Position numbers and translations under genes: made by a program. Shown one piece after another: positions 8,901-17,387 of a stretch of 64,000 bases of DNA. The notes under the pieces are model-generated. The model ran no database searches. It was given only the letters and a program-made list of their open reading frames with translations, and was not told where the DNA came from. The DNA lies in assembly GCA_039806935.1 (NCBI GenBank), contig JBDHQH010000005.1, forward strand, positions 4,939-68,938, in the 5' to 3' direction. Positions within the stretch are counted from its first letter, which is position 1. Each line of letters opens with the position of its first letter. The DNA comes from Verrucomicrobiota bacterium. GTDB lineage: Bacteria; Verrucomicrobiota; Verrucomicrobiia; Limisphaerales; UBA8199.

Positions 8901-10685
8901 CTATTTGTCCGCGCCGGGAGGCGGCAGCTCGAGCGACCAGAGATCGGCGATCGTTTTGGCGATCTCGGTGTTGTCAATCAGGGGCTGGTCGAATTTTTCG
9001 CTGCCCGGGCCGAAGGCCAGCAGGCGCACCGGGATCCCGGTATGGCTGGTCGTGTCGTAGGACAGTTTCAACTTTCCGTGCTCCCTGACCGCGCTCAACG
9101 CCCCCGTCTCGTGGTCGGCGGTGACCATGATGAGCGTGTCTGGATGCCGGGTGGCGAAATCCACCGCCGCCTTGGCCGCCCAGTCCATTTGGAGCGTGCC
9201 GCGCACCGAGAGTTCGGGGTTGTTGCCGTGGCCGCCGCCGTCGGGGGTGGCGCACTCCAGCATCATGAAGAAGCCCTTGCCGCCCGGCTCGAGCCGGGCG
9301 ACCGCCGTTTCAAAAAGCCCGGCCAGGCACCGCTCGTCGCTCAGGGCGTTTTTGTCGATGAAGCCGAGCACTCGCCGGTCCGGCGGCGCCTTTGAAAAAT
9401 CCTCGTGGCTGGCGATCACGGTGTAGCCGGCGCCCTCCATTTCACGGATCAGGTTGCGGCCATCCTCGCGCTGGCCTTGCGCGCTTTTCTCCAGGAACCA
9501 CGGCCGGCCGTTGGCGTTGCCGATCAAAATCTCGAAGCCGCTCGCCCAGGCGTCCAGGGCGACGTCCGCCAGCATGCCGCGCGAGGGCACATGCGCGTAG
9601 AAACCGGCGGGCGTGGCGCCGATGACCGAGTCAGACGTGATGATGGCCACGGCGCGTCCCTGCCGGTGGGCGGCCTCGGCCACGGACCGCAGGCGTTGTT
9701 TGTCGGGAGTCAGCCCCAGGTGGCTGTTCTTGGTTTTGTGCCCGGTGGCGATGGCGGTGGCGGACGCGGCCGAGTCGGTCACGTTCTCGCCCTGCGACAG
9801 GGTCACGCAGCGGGTATGCACGGGGAACTGCTCCATTACCAGCCGACCCTCCGCCCCGTGTTGGTAAAGCGAGGTCAACTGGATGGCTCCCGGCCCCATG
9901 CCGTCGCCAATCAGCAGGATGATATTCTTCGGCGCGGCGCCCCCATGCGACTTCGGCAGGGTCCGGTCCAGAACCGGCGCCACGTATTTTTTGTCCAGCG
10001 TGAGGTCCTGCTTGAGATTGGCCAGCTTGACCTCCCCGCCGATGGTGGCGGCCACCACCATCCAGGCGCTGTCCACGGCCACCAGGCGAATTTCCTTGAT
10101 CTCCTTGCCGGCGTCCAAAGCGAATCTGGAGACAAAGAGCGAGACCTGCGTGCTGCCATTGTACTCCGACCAGGCCCGGAAGGCGTTCGGATAAGCCTTC
10201 GGACTATTCCAGTCTCCGACATCGCGTCCGAAACGCACATGCTGCTCGAGGGCGGAGCCGTCGGTGTATTCAACCAGCAGCAAACCGGTCATGCGCCCGG
10301 ATTTGGCGGGTGGGCACCAGGCCGCGCCATGCAGCAAATACAGGAATTTGGCCTTCGGTCCGCCCGCGACCTTGATCCGGGCATGCGCCGGCAGGTATTC
10401 GCGTTTTGGCCCGCCCAGCACGATGCACGATTTCCCGCCGGTCGCCTCGTCTCCCAGGATGTCGAACGGCACTCCCGAAACCACCAGGCGGCCTGGCTTC
10501 AAGATCCCCAGATCGTTGCTGCCCTCGTCGGTCCAGCCGCCCTGGCGATCATCCGCCTCGCGGTCCGTGAACGCGGTGTTGGCCCCCTTGCCCAAGGGCA
10601 GCGGCGTCAGCGTGGCGCCCGCTCCGGCGGCCAGCGTCACGGCCGCCATCAAGGCCATCCAGGAAAACAATAATTTTCTCGTCAT
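8901..10685 (-). CDS. secreted alkaline phosphatase (PhoA family) with a ~260-aa N-terminal extra domain
   Basis: Signal peptide from MTRKLLFSWMALMAAVTLAAGAGA. Catalytic Ser motif 'VTDSAASATAIATGHKT' and metal ligands 'TADHETG'. The N-terminal ~260 aa lie outside the PhoA fold. Confidence 0.85.
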   Translation of the reverse strand: MTRKLLFSWMALMAAVTLAAGAGATLTPLPLGKGANTAFTDREADDRQGGWTDEGSNDLGILKPGRLVVSGVPFDILGDEATGGKSCIVLGGPKREYLPAHARIKVAGGPKAKFLYLLHGAAWCPPAKSGRMTGLLLVEYTDGSALEQHVRFGRDVGDWNSPKAYPNAFRAWSEYNGSTQVSLFVSRFALDAGKEIKEIRLVAVDSAWMVVAATIGGEVKLANLKQDLTLDKKYVAPVLDRTLPKSHGGAAPKNIILLIGDGMGPGAIQLTSLYQHGAEGRLVMEQFPVHTRCVTLSQGENVTDSAASATAIATGHKTKNSHLGLTPDKQRLRSVAEAAHRQGRAVAIITSDSVIGATPAGFYAHVPSRGMLADVALDAWASGFEILIGNANGRPWFLEKSAQGQREDGRNLIREMEGAGYTVIASHEDFSKAPPDRRVLGFIDKNALSDERCLAGLFETAVARLEPGGKGFFMMLECATPDGGGHGNNPELSVRGTLQMDWAAKAAVDFATRHPDTLIMVTADHETGALSAVREHGKLKLSYDTTSHTGIPVRLLAFGPGSEKFDQPLIDNTEIAKTIADLWSLELPPPGADK

Positions 10686-10772
10686 GCTCGCTTGGCGTTG
10701 GCGGCTTGGTTCCAAGCCGCTATCGATGCGGAGTTTAGGCGGTTCGCTGAAAACGCGTCAAACGATATTGAA

Positions 10773-13340
10773 TCAAGCGTGGCGGGAACGGTGGGCGGTG
10801 TAGCGGATTTCCTTGATTTCAAGCGCGCCTTGCGCCGGCTCGAAGAAAGGCTTGCCGCGGCGCACCCCGACGGTGCCGTAGCCGGAGGCGGTGGCCAGGA
10901 AGCAGCGGAAATCGCCGGGAATGGCGGGCTCGAGGTGGAGCACTTTTTCGACGGCGTCGTAGCGGGCGCCGGAGAGGCCGAAGAGCAGGGCATAGGAGGA
11001 CATGGCGCGGGCGTACCAGTGGCCGCACTCGTATTCGTTGAAGGGATTGCGCACGCGGCCGTCGTAACGATCGCGGCAGGCGCGGACGATCTCGAGTCCT
11101 TCCCTGACCAGGCCGAGGCGCATGAGATGCGAGGCGACCTGGTACTCGATGCCGGTCCAGACCTCGTTGGAGTACACGAAGGGGAGCGAGAGGGCGTCAC
11201 CGCGGGGCCAGGAGCAGAGCAGCAGGCCGCCCTCGGCGCCGCAGGCGTAGGTCGGGCGCTGGGGATTGGCGCAAGCGGAGAGGTCGGGTTTGAAATTATG
11301 GCGATGCACGGCGCGCAGGTGGCTGCGCACCCGGGCCGCGTCCAGCACCTGGCCCGCGCCGCAGACCAGGGCCAGCCAGGAGCCGAGGACGCCGTCGGAC
11401 AGGCAGCCGTTGCCGTACTGGTATTTCGGCCCCTCTTTTTCCAGCAGCGCCAGCGCCTCGGGCGAGTAACCTCCCCCGCTCTCCGCCGGATTTTTCGCGC
11501 GGAGGTTTTTCCATTCGATTTTTTGGTGGAAATACTCGCCGTTGAACAATTCCGTCTCGACCCGCGCGACGCCGCGGGCGAGCAATTCGGCGTAAAGCGG
11601 CGTCTCGTCCCCGAGCGCCCGGCCCATCAACACCGCGGCCCGCAGGGCCCCCAGGTAGAAGCTGGAGCACATGCCGTCGGGCCCCCAGAACTCGATGTCG
11701 TAGGTGTTGTGGTGCGGCTCCTCAAGCCAGCCTTTATGGCCGGGATCCCAGGTTTGGATGCAGTAATCCAGGCTGGCTTTCACCCGGGGCCAGAGCGCGC
11801 GCAGCCATTCGGTGTCGCCGCTGATCCGCCACTCGCGGAAGACCTTCATGACGCCGCCCAATTGGCCGTCGGCGGCGGCGTGGAAATCGTGTTCGAGCGG
11901 GCGGACGGGCAGGGCGCTGCGGAACATCTGGTGGCCGTCCGCGTTTTGCGACGGGCCGAACTCGGTTTCGCGGAGGGTGCGTTCGAGGCCGGGGAAGAGG
12001 TGGGGGATGGCCTGGGCGTAGTTCCACACGTGCGTGCAGGAGCCGTGGCAGCAGCCGGCATTGTCGCCGCAGCCCTCCCAGGCCCAAAGCGCGCCGTCCT
12101 GCTGGCGAAGCACGGTGGGCGATTTGAGAATGGTGAGGTTGGCCGCCGCAGCCTCAAGCACCTCGGGCGGCAGCGTGGAATCGTAAAAGCAATCGCGGAA
12201 CCGCGCCGAGCGGTCGCGGAGACGGTCGTAATTCTCGCGCCAGTAGCGGCTGACGCTGTTGATGTCAGCGAAGCGGCCCGAGTACCAGGGGCGGTAGCGC
12301 GCGCCCGCGGTGGGGTCGGCCTGGCCGGCGGGATCTTTGCCGAAGCGCAATCCGGTGCGGCCGGTGTACCAGGCCAGGCGAACGCGGATGGTTTTGGATT
12401 CTCCGGCCGCGAGATTGAGCGGCACAAAGAGGCTGGCGCCGGGGCTCGGCTCGCCGCTGGTGACCGGCGGGCGGTCGTAGCAGGCGCCCTCCTCGACCTC
12501 CTTCCAGGCGATGGTCAGCGGGTCGAACCAGCCGCCGCGGAACCAGGCGTGATTCACCCGCGCCTCCGGCTCGGAAACGCAAATGGAGAAGGCGGCCTCC
12601 TCATCGGGCCGATCCGCCGCCGGGCCGCACCAGAGGATGTAGCCGCCCGGGATGGGGCGCACGGCGCGGGGGTTTTGGCGGAGGGTGAGGAAATGCCGGG
12701 CGTTGAAAGAAAATACCGACCGAAGCGGCCGCCCGGCGCGGTTGGTGAAGCGGTACTCGAGACCCGCCGCCGGCAGGCTCGAGTCATCCGGTTCGCCCGG
12801 CTCGAACGGGCTCCAGCCGGTGATTTCCACCGCCACGGGCAGCCGGGGATCCGCGAGCTGGATGGTGGCGAAGGGAAACCGGGCCTGGAAAACCGCCGAG
12901 CCGCAACGGGGCAGGCCGTAGGTTGCGCCGCCCGAGCCGTTGCCCGCGCCCGGCCGGCCAAACAGCTTGTGCCCGGGCACCGGCCCCTCCAGCACGCGGG
13001 CGAGGCGCACCGGCTCGAGCACGCTCAGCGCGGCGAAGATGCAGGGTTCGTTGAAGACCTCGGGATGATTGCGCACCGAGAGGTGCGAGAGCGCGCCGGT
13101 CCCTTCGAGGCAAACCATGCCGGCCCCCAGGCCGCCCAGCGGAAAGGCCACTTGCCGCAGGTGGTCACCGGCGTATTCGGCGTTGAACTTTCGCGCGCCG
13201 CGTCCGCGCGGGGCGCGCGGCTTTGGCCGCGGTTCGGCCGCCAGCGCGGCCGCGGAGGCGGGGCTGAGGGCGCCCACGCCCAGCGCCGAGCGCTTTAGGA
13301 ATTCGCGGCGGTCCATGGCGGAGGAGGAGTCTGTTTTCAT
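10773..13340 (-). CDS. glycoside hydrolase family 116 (GBA2-type beta-glucosidase/glucosylceramidase), Tat-secreted
   Basis: Tat motif 'DRREFLKRS'. GBA2 N-terminal pattern 'AFPLGGLGAGMVCLEGTGALSHLSVRNHPE'. Catalytic-domain pattern 'GCCHGSCTHVWNYAQA'. Confidence 0.82.
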   Translation of the reverse strand: MKTDSSSAMDRREFLKRSALGVGALSPASAAALAAEPRPKPRAPRGRGARKFNAEYAGDHLRQVAFPLGGLGAGMVCLEGTGALSHLSVRNHPEVFNEPCIFAALSVLEPVRLARVLEGPVPGHKLFGRPGAGNGSGGATYGLPRCGSAVFQARFPFATIQLADPRLPVAVEITGWSPFEPGEPDDSSLPAAGLEYRFTNRAGRPLRSVFSFNARHFLTLRQNPRAVRPIPGGYILWCGPAADRPDEEAAFSICVSEPEARVNHAWFRGGWFDPLTIAWKEVEEGACYDRPPVTSGEPSPGASLFVPLNLAAGESKTIRVRLAWYTGRTGLRFGKDPAGQADPTAGARYRPWYSGRFADINSVSRYWRENYDRLRDRSARFRDCFYDSTLPPEVLEAAAANLTILKSPTVLRQQDGALWAWEGCGDNAGCCHGSCTHVWNYAQAIPHLFPGLERTLRETEFGPSQNADGHQMFRSALPVRPLEHDFHAAADGQLGGVMKVFREWRISGDTEWLRALWPRVKASLDYCIQTWDPGHKGWLEEPHHNTYDIEFWGPDGMCSSFYLGALRAAVLMGRALGDETPLYAELLARGVARVETELFNGEYFHQKIEWKNLRAKNPAESGGGYSPEALALLEKEGPKYQYGNGCLSDGVLGSWLALVCGAGQVLDAARVRSHLRAVHRHNFKPDLSACANPQRPTYACGAEGGLLLCSWPRGDALSLPFVYSNEVWTGIEYQVASHLMRLGLVREGLEIVRACRDRYDGRVRNPFNEYECGHWYARAMSSYALLFGLSGARYDAVEKVLHLEPAIPGDFRCFLATASGYGTVGVRRGKPFFEPAQGALEIKEIRYTAHRSRHA

Positions 13341-14042
13341 GATCAGGTCGGCGGTGGCAAGAGATCCCTTTGCGGAGATAGCGCGAAACGAACCAGGGTC
13401 AAAAGCAGGCGTTGGCGCTCAAATATCATCCGCGGGAAGGTTAATTCCGCGGCTTGGGAAGTGAAAGGATGGAATCAACGGCGGCCGGGATTGGGGCAAA
13501 GCACCCATTACCCCTGGCCCGAGCCGGGCTGAACCTGAAGCCGTTGCCGAGGATGGAAAGAGGGGGTGTGTTCAAGGGCCGGCCTGGGGGGCTTCGCGCC
13601 GCGGACGGCGGGTTTATCTCCGGTCCCGGGAAATTATCGACTGGGTGCGCATTACCTGGGCGGGCCTCTGTTTTTGGTTTGGGCGCCCCAGGCCACGCGG
13701 ATGGAGGCGCGCCGCCCGTTCGGCTGGGCCCGCGCGGGGCAGCCGTGCTCGGGCTCCTGATTCTAAAAAATCTTCCGCGGCAAGCCGGCGGGCTGGGGTT
13801 TTCCTGTTCGCGTGAATTTGCGTGGATTCGCGGCAGGATCGCCCCTTCAGATCTGTCGGTGGCGAGGTTTCGAGGACATGGCCCTGGACTGGCGCGAACC
13901 GCGCCGTTGGCGATGAAACCCATCGCTGCCCTGATCCCGGTCGAATTTAAGATTGGCAATTCCGGGGCGGAGGTGGTAGATACAACGTCCGCGCCGAACC
14001 GGGGCGGGCCGGAGTCGGCGCATTAGCGAGAGATTTTTTGTT

Positions 14043-14198
14043 ATGTCACAGCATCGAAGTTTGCGAGCGGCCGCCGCATTGGGCGGGAAACGAAACGTGT
14101 TGAAGCGGTTCGAGCGGGTGGAACTGCTCAAGAAACGCGGCCAGTGGAAAGAGGGCGACCGGATCACCGGCCTGCGCAAAACCAAGGTCGAGGCCTAA
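14043..14198 (+). CDS. small basic protein (PVC-type, 51 aa)
   Basis: Hand-translated and below the ORF-track cutoff: MSQHRSLRAAAALGGKRNVLKRFERVELLKKRGQWKEGDRITGLRKTKVEA*. It matches my recollection of the 'small basic protein' family restricted to Verrucomicrobia, Planctomycetes and relatives. A strong terminator follows. Confidence 0.7.
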   Translation: MSQHRSLRAAAALGGKRNVLKRFERVELLKKRGQWKEGDRITGLRKTKVEA

Positions 14199-14211
14199 GG
14201 ATATTTTTCAC

Positions 14212-14258
14212 GGCCCGGCTCGCGGCGGTTTTCGTCGAGGCCGGGCCTTTCTCGTTTT
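14212..14258 (+). terminator. rho-independent terminator
   Basis: Stem GGCCCGGC(14212-14219)...GCCGGGCC(14240-14247), followed by TTTCTCGTTTT. Confidence 0.55.
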
Positions 14259-14267
14259 CAGGAAGGC

Positions 14268-15368
14268 GTGGTCCGGCTGCAGAAATTTCTCGCGGAGGCG
14301 GGGGTCGCCTCGCGGCGCGCGAGCGAGCAAATCGTGCTCGCGGGCCGGGTCGCGGTCAACGGCCAGACGGTGCGGACGCTGGGGACCAAGGTAGAGCCGG
14401 CGCGCGACCGGGTGACGGTGGATGGCCAGCCGGTTCGCGCGCGCCGGAAGGCCTATCTGGCTTTGCACAAGCCGCCGGGGTTCGTGTGCTCGAAGGCGGA
14501 TGAGCACGACCGGCCCACGATTTATGAATTGCTGCCCCAGGAGTGGCGGCATCTGCATTCGGTCGGACGGCTGGATTACAACAGTGAGGGGCTGATTTTG
14601 CTGACGAATGACGGCGAGTTCAGCCTGCGCCTGACCCATCCGCGCTACGGCGCGCGCAAGAAGTATCTGGCGACCGTGGAAGGGCGGGTCGAGCCGGCGT
14701 TGCTGCGGGAGTTCACGCAGGGGATTTTTCATCAGGGCGAGCGGTTGCGGGCGGAAAAGGCGCGTTTGGCGGGGGGCTCCGCCGCTCGAAGCGTGGTCGA
14801 GTTGGAGTTGACCGAGGGGAAATACCGCGAGGTGCGGCGGCTCTTCGAGGCGCGGAACCGGACCGTGCGGAGACTGCAGCGGATTCAAATTGGGAGTGTG
14901 CGCCTGAGCGAGCTCAAGCCCGGGAAATGGCGGACATTGACAGCCGCCGAGATAAAATCTCTACTGTCCTCAGATTATGAAACTGAATTTTTGGTTGATC
15001 CTCGGGACGTTGCTTTCCGCCAGCGCGCTCGCGCAGCCGCGGGTGGCCGACGCGCCGCCGGCAGGGACGACCTTGCCGGCCGGGACGAACGCCGCCCCGG
15101 CGAAGCCGGCTCCGGCCAAGGCGAAAAAGAGCGCCGCCCCCGCGGCCCGGCCCGCCGCGCCAGCCGCCGAATTGAGAACCGTTCCCCTGACGCCAGGCCC
15201 CGCCATCGTCGTGGCGAGCAACGTCAACGTGCGCGGCCAGGCCAGACTGGCCGGCGAAGTGGTGGCGCGCGTGACCAAAGGGCAGGAAGTGGCGGTGCTC
15301 GAGGAGATCGTGGACCCGCACTCCGCCGCCGACGAGCCGTCGGCCTGGGCCAAAATCCGCCTGCCTGA
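14268..15368 (+). CDS. rluB: pseudouridine synthase, RluB/RsuA family (S4 domain plus catalytic core); the 3' end runs 392 nt into the next gene
   Basis: GTG start preceded by GGAAGG. S4 motif 'RLQKFLAEAGVASRR' and catalytic 'VGRLDYNSEGLILLTNDG'. The conserved core ends near 14975. The remaining ~125 codons are Arg/Gly-rich and out of frame with the SH3 gene. Confidence 0.8.
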   Translation: MVRLQKFLAEAGVASRRASEQIVLAGRVAVNGQTVRTLGTKVEPARDRVTVDGQPVRARRKAYLALHKPPGFVCSKADEHDRPTIYELLPQEWRHLHSVGRLDYNSEGLILLTNDGEFSLRLTHPRYGARKKYLATVEGRVEPALLREFTQGIFHQGERLRAEKARLAGGSAARSVVELELTEGKYREVRRLFEARNRTVRRLQRIQIGSVRLSELKPGKWRTLTAAEIKSLLSSDYETEFLVDPRDVAFRQRARAAAGGRRAAGRDDLAGRDERRPGEAGSGQGEKERRPRGPARRASRRIENRSPDARPRHRRGEQRQRARPGQTGRRSGGARDQRAGSGGARGDRGPALRRRRAVGLGQNPPA

Positions 15369-16041
15369 AGACACCCCGGTTTATGTTCACGAAATGTTCG
15401 TGGACGCGGATCATAAAGTGACGGCCAGCCGGTTGAATGTGCGCGGCGGCCCCGGGGAGAATTACAGCATTCTGGGACGGTTGCCGCACGGCGCCGAGGT
15501 GAGGGAGATCGGGCGCAAAGGCGACTGGCTCGAGATCCAGGCGCCGGCCAGCGCCTGGGCGTTTATCGCCGCGCAGTATTTGTCGCAGGAGCCGCCCGCC
15601 GCGCCCGTGGTGGCGGCGCTGATCCCCGCGCCGGCCGCGCCCGAGCCTGAGCCCACGCCGGAAACGGTGAGCGAGGGCCCGGCGGTGGCCGAGGCGCCCG
15701 CGAGCGCCCCGGTCGTTCCCCCCGCCATTCCCGCGCCCGAGGTGGCGCCGGCAGAACCCGCGCCCCCCGCGGCGCCGGTGGCGGACGAGCCGGCGCCCAA
15801 ACGGATCGTGCAGCGCGAGGGCCTGGTCCGCGGGACGGTGAGCATCCAGGCGCCCACGCCCTTCGGCCTGGTGAATCCGGACAACCTGCGATTGATTGAC
15901 TATTTGCACACCACCTCGACCAACCTGGATTTGAGCCGCTATAAGGGCCTGCGGATCATCGTCACCGGGGAGGAGAGCCTCGAGGAGCGCTGGGGCAACA
16001 CCCCGGTGTTGACCATTCAAAAAATCCAATTGCTGGATTGA
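14977..16041 (+). CDS. secreted protein with two bacterial SH3 (SH3b) domains and Ala/Pro-rich linkers
   Basis: Signal peptide MKLNFWLILGTLLSASALA-QP. There are two 'NVR.G....Y.....L..G..V' SH3b-like units. GC3 is high throughout this frame. Confidence 0.8.
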   Translation: MKLNFWLILGTLLSASALAQPRVADAPPAGTTLPAGTNAAPAKPAPAKAKKSAAPAARPAAPAAELRTVPLTPGPAIVVASNVNVRGQARLAGEVVARVTKGQEVAVLEEIVDPHSAADEPSAWAKIRLPEDTPVYVHEMFVDADHKVTASRLNVRGGPGENYSILGRLPHGAEVREIGRKGDWLEIQAPASAWAFIAAQYLSQEPPAAPVVAALIPAPAAPEPEPTPETVSEGPAVAEAPASAPVVPPAIPAPEVAPAEPAPPAAPVADEPAPKRIVQREGLVRGTVSIQAPTPFGLVNPDNLRLIDYLHTTSTNLDLSRYKGLRIIVTGEESLEERWGNTPVLTIQKIQLLD

Positions 16042-16934
16042 TGCCCCCGGACAACCTCATTGACGGACGCGCCCTGGCGCGCGAGTTGCAACTCGAGCTG
16101 GCGCCGCGGGTGGCGGCGCTCCGGGCGCGCGGGATCACGCCCGGCCTGGCTTTCGTGCGGGTGGGGGAGGATCCCGCCTCGAAGGTGTATGTCGGGCGCA
16201 AGGAAAAGACCTGCGCCGAGCTGGGCCTGTATTCCGAAACCCACGTGCTGGCCGGCGGGTCGGGGGAAAGCGAATTGCTGCGGCTGATCGAGCGGCTGAA
16301 TGGAGATCCGCGGCTGCACGGCGTTTTGGTGCAAGCGCCGCTTCCCCGCCAGATCGATCCGGCCAGGGTGTATTCGGCGGTTTCCCCGCGCAAGGATGTG
16401 GACGGCTTTCATCCGCTGAATGTCGGCAAGCTGTTGCTGGGCGACCCGTCGGGATTCCAGCCCTGCACGCCGGCGGGCATTGTCGAGCTGCTGGCGCGGT
16501 CGCAAATTCCGCTCGCGGGCGCCGAGGTAGTGATCCTGGGCCGGGGCAACATCGTCGGCAAACCACTGGCGGCCATGCTTTGCCAAAAGCAGCCGCGGGC
16601 CAACGCCACCGTCACCCTTTGCCATTCGGGCACGCGCGACATCGCGGCGCATTGCCGCCGGGCGGACATTCTGGTGGCGGCGCTGGGCGCGGCCGGGTTT
16701 GTGAAGGCGGACATGATCCGCGCCGGGGCGGTCGTCATCGATGTGGGAGTCAATCGGGTGGCGGATCCCGCCGCGAAGAGCGGCTCGCGGCTGATGGGCG
16801 ACGTCGATTTCCCCGCGGTGCAGCCCCGGGCCGGCCGGATCACGCCCAACCCGGGCGGGGTCGGGCCGATGACCATCGCCCTGCTGATGCGCAACACCGT
16901 GCGCGCGGCGGAGGATTTTGCGACCGCGGTTTAA
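16041..16934 (+). CDS. folD: bifunctional methylenetetrahydrofolate dehydrogenase/methenyl-THF cyclohydrolase
   Basis: 'IDGRALA', 'PGLAFVRVGEDPASKVYV', 'VQAPLP', 'DVDGFHPLNVGKL' and 'GRGNIVGKP'. The ATG overlaps the upstream TGA (TGATG); TTG 16038 is an alternative start. Confidence 0.92.
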   Translation: MPPDNLIDGRALARELQLELAPRVAALRARGITPGLAFVRVGEDPASKVYVGRKEKTCAELGLYSETHVLAGGSGESELLRLIERLNGDPRLHGVLVQAPLPRQIDPARVYSAVSPRKDVDGFHPLNVGKLLLGDPSGFQPCTPAGIVELLARSQIPLAGAEVVILGRGNIVGKPLAAMLCQKQPRANATVTLCHSGTRDIAAHCRRADILVAALGAAGFVKADMIRAGAVVIDVGVNRVADPAAKSGSRLMGDVDFPAVQPRAGRITPNPGGVGPMTIALLMRNTVRAAEDFATAV

Positions 16935-16949
16935 CCCCCTGTTTTATTC

Positions 16950-17387
16950 ATGCAACCCACCCGCATTTTTCCCGACCTGCAATGCTCGCTCCTGTGCGAG
17001 GAAATCCGCCAGGAAATCACCGGCAACTTCATCCTCATCGGGGTGATCAATTTTGTGCGCGTGCCGCAACTGCCGGTGGTGGCCTTCAAGCTCAGCGTGT
17101 TCAACCGCTGGACGGCCGGGATGGGCCAGTTCACCGAGACCGTCCGGCTGATGGCGCCGGACCAGACGACGGTGCTGCGCAAGGGCGAGGTCAAGTTTGC
17201 CTTGCAGGACGCCGCTTTTCACGCGACGAATGTCACGTTGTTTGCCCAGGTTGAGTTCAAGACGCCCGGGACGTATTATGTCGAGGTGCTCGTCGATGAC
17301 GTCATGAAACTTCGTTATCCCGTGCCGGTGATTCTCGCGCCGCCGGCGAATCAACCGCAGCCGCCCCCGGAGGCTTCGGCGACTTGA
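16950..17387 (+). CDS. conserved hypothetical protein (possibly DUF6941-like)
   Basis: 145 aa, soluble, with good GC3. The N-terminal 'CSLLCEEIRQEITGNFILIGVINFVRVPQLPVVAFKLSVFNRW' resembles a DUF family from memory; the family assignment is uncertain. Confidence 0.55.
   Translation: MQPTRIFPDLQCSLLCEEIRQEITGNFILIGVINFVRVPQLPVVAFKLSVFNRWTAGMGQFTETVRLMAPDQTTVLRKGEVKFALQDAAFHATNVTLFAQVEFKTPGTYYVEVLVDDVMKLRYPVPVILAPPANQPQPPPEASAT

Noticed and set aside
8826-10673. Plus-strand ORFs 8826-9395 and 9405-10673
   Set aside because: They are antisense to the alkaline phosphatase gene and their translation is low-complexity.
10692-13298. 868-aa plus-strand ORF
   Set aside because: It is antisense to the GH116 gene. 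The composition is A/G/R-rich with no recognisable domain.
13964-14026. GGGGCGGAGGTGGTAGA... resembling a tRNA/tmRNA acceptor 5' end
   Set aside because: There is no T-arm (GGTTCGAnnCC), no matching 3' acceptor strand or CCA context, and no cloverleaf could be drawn.
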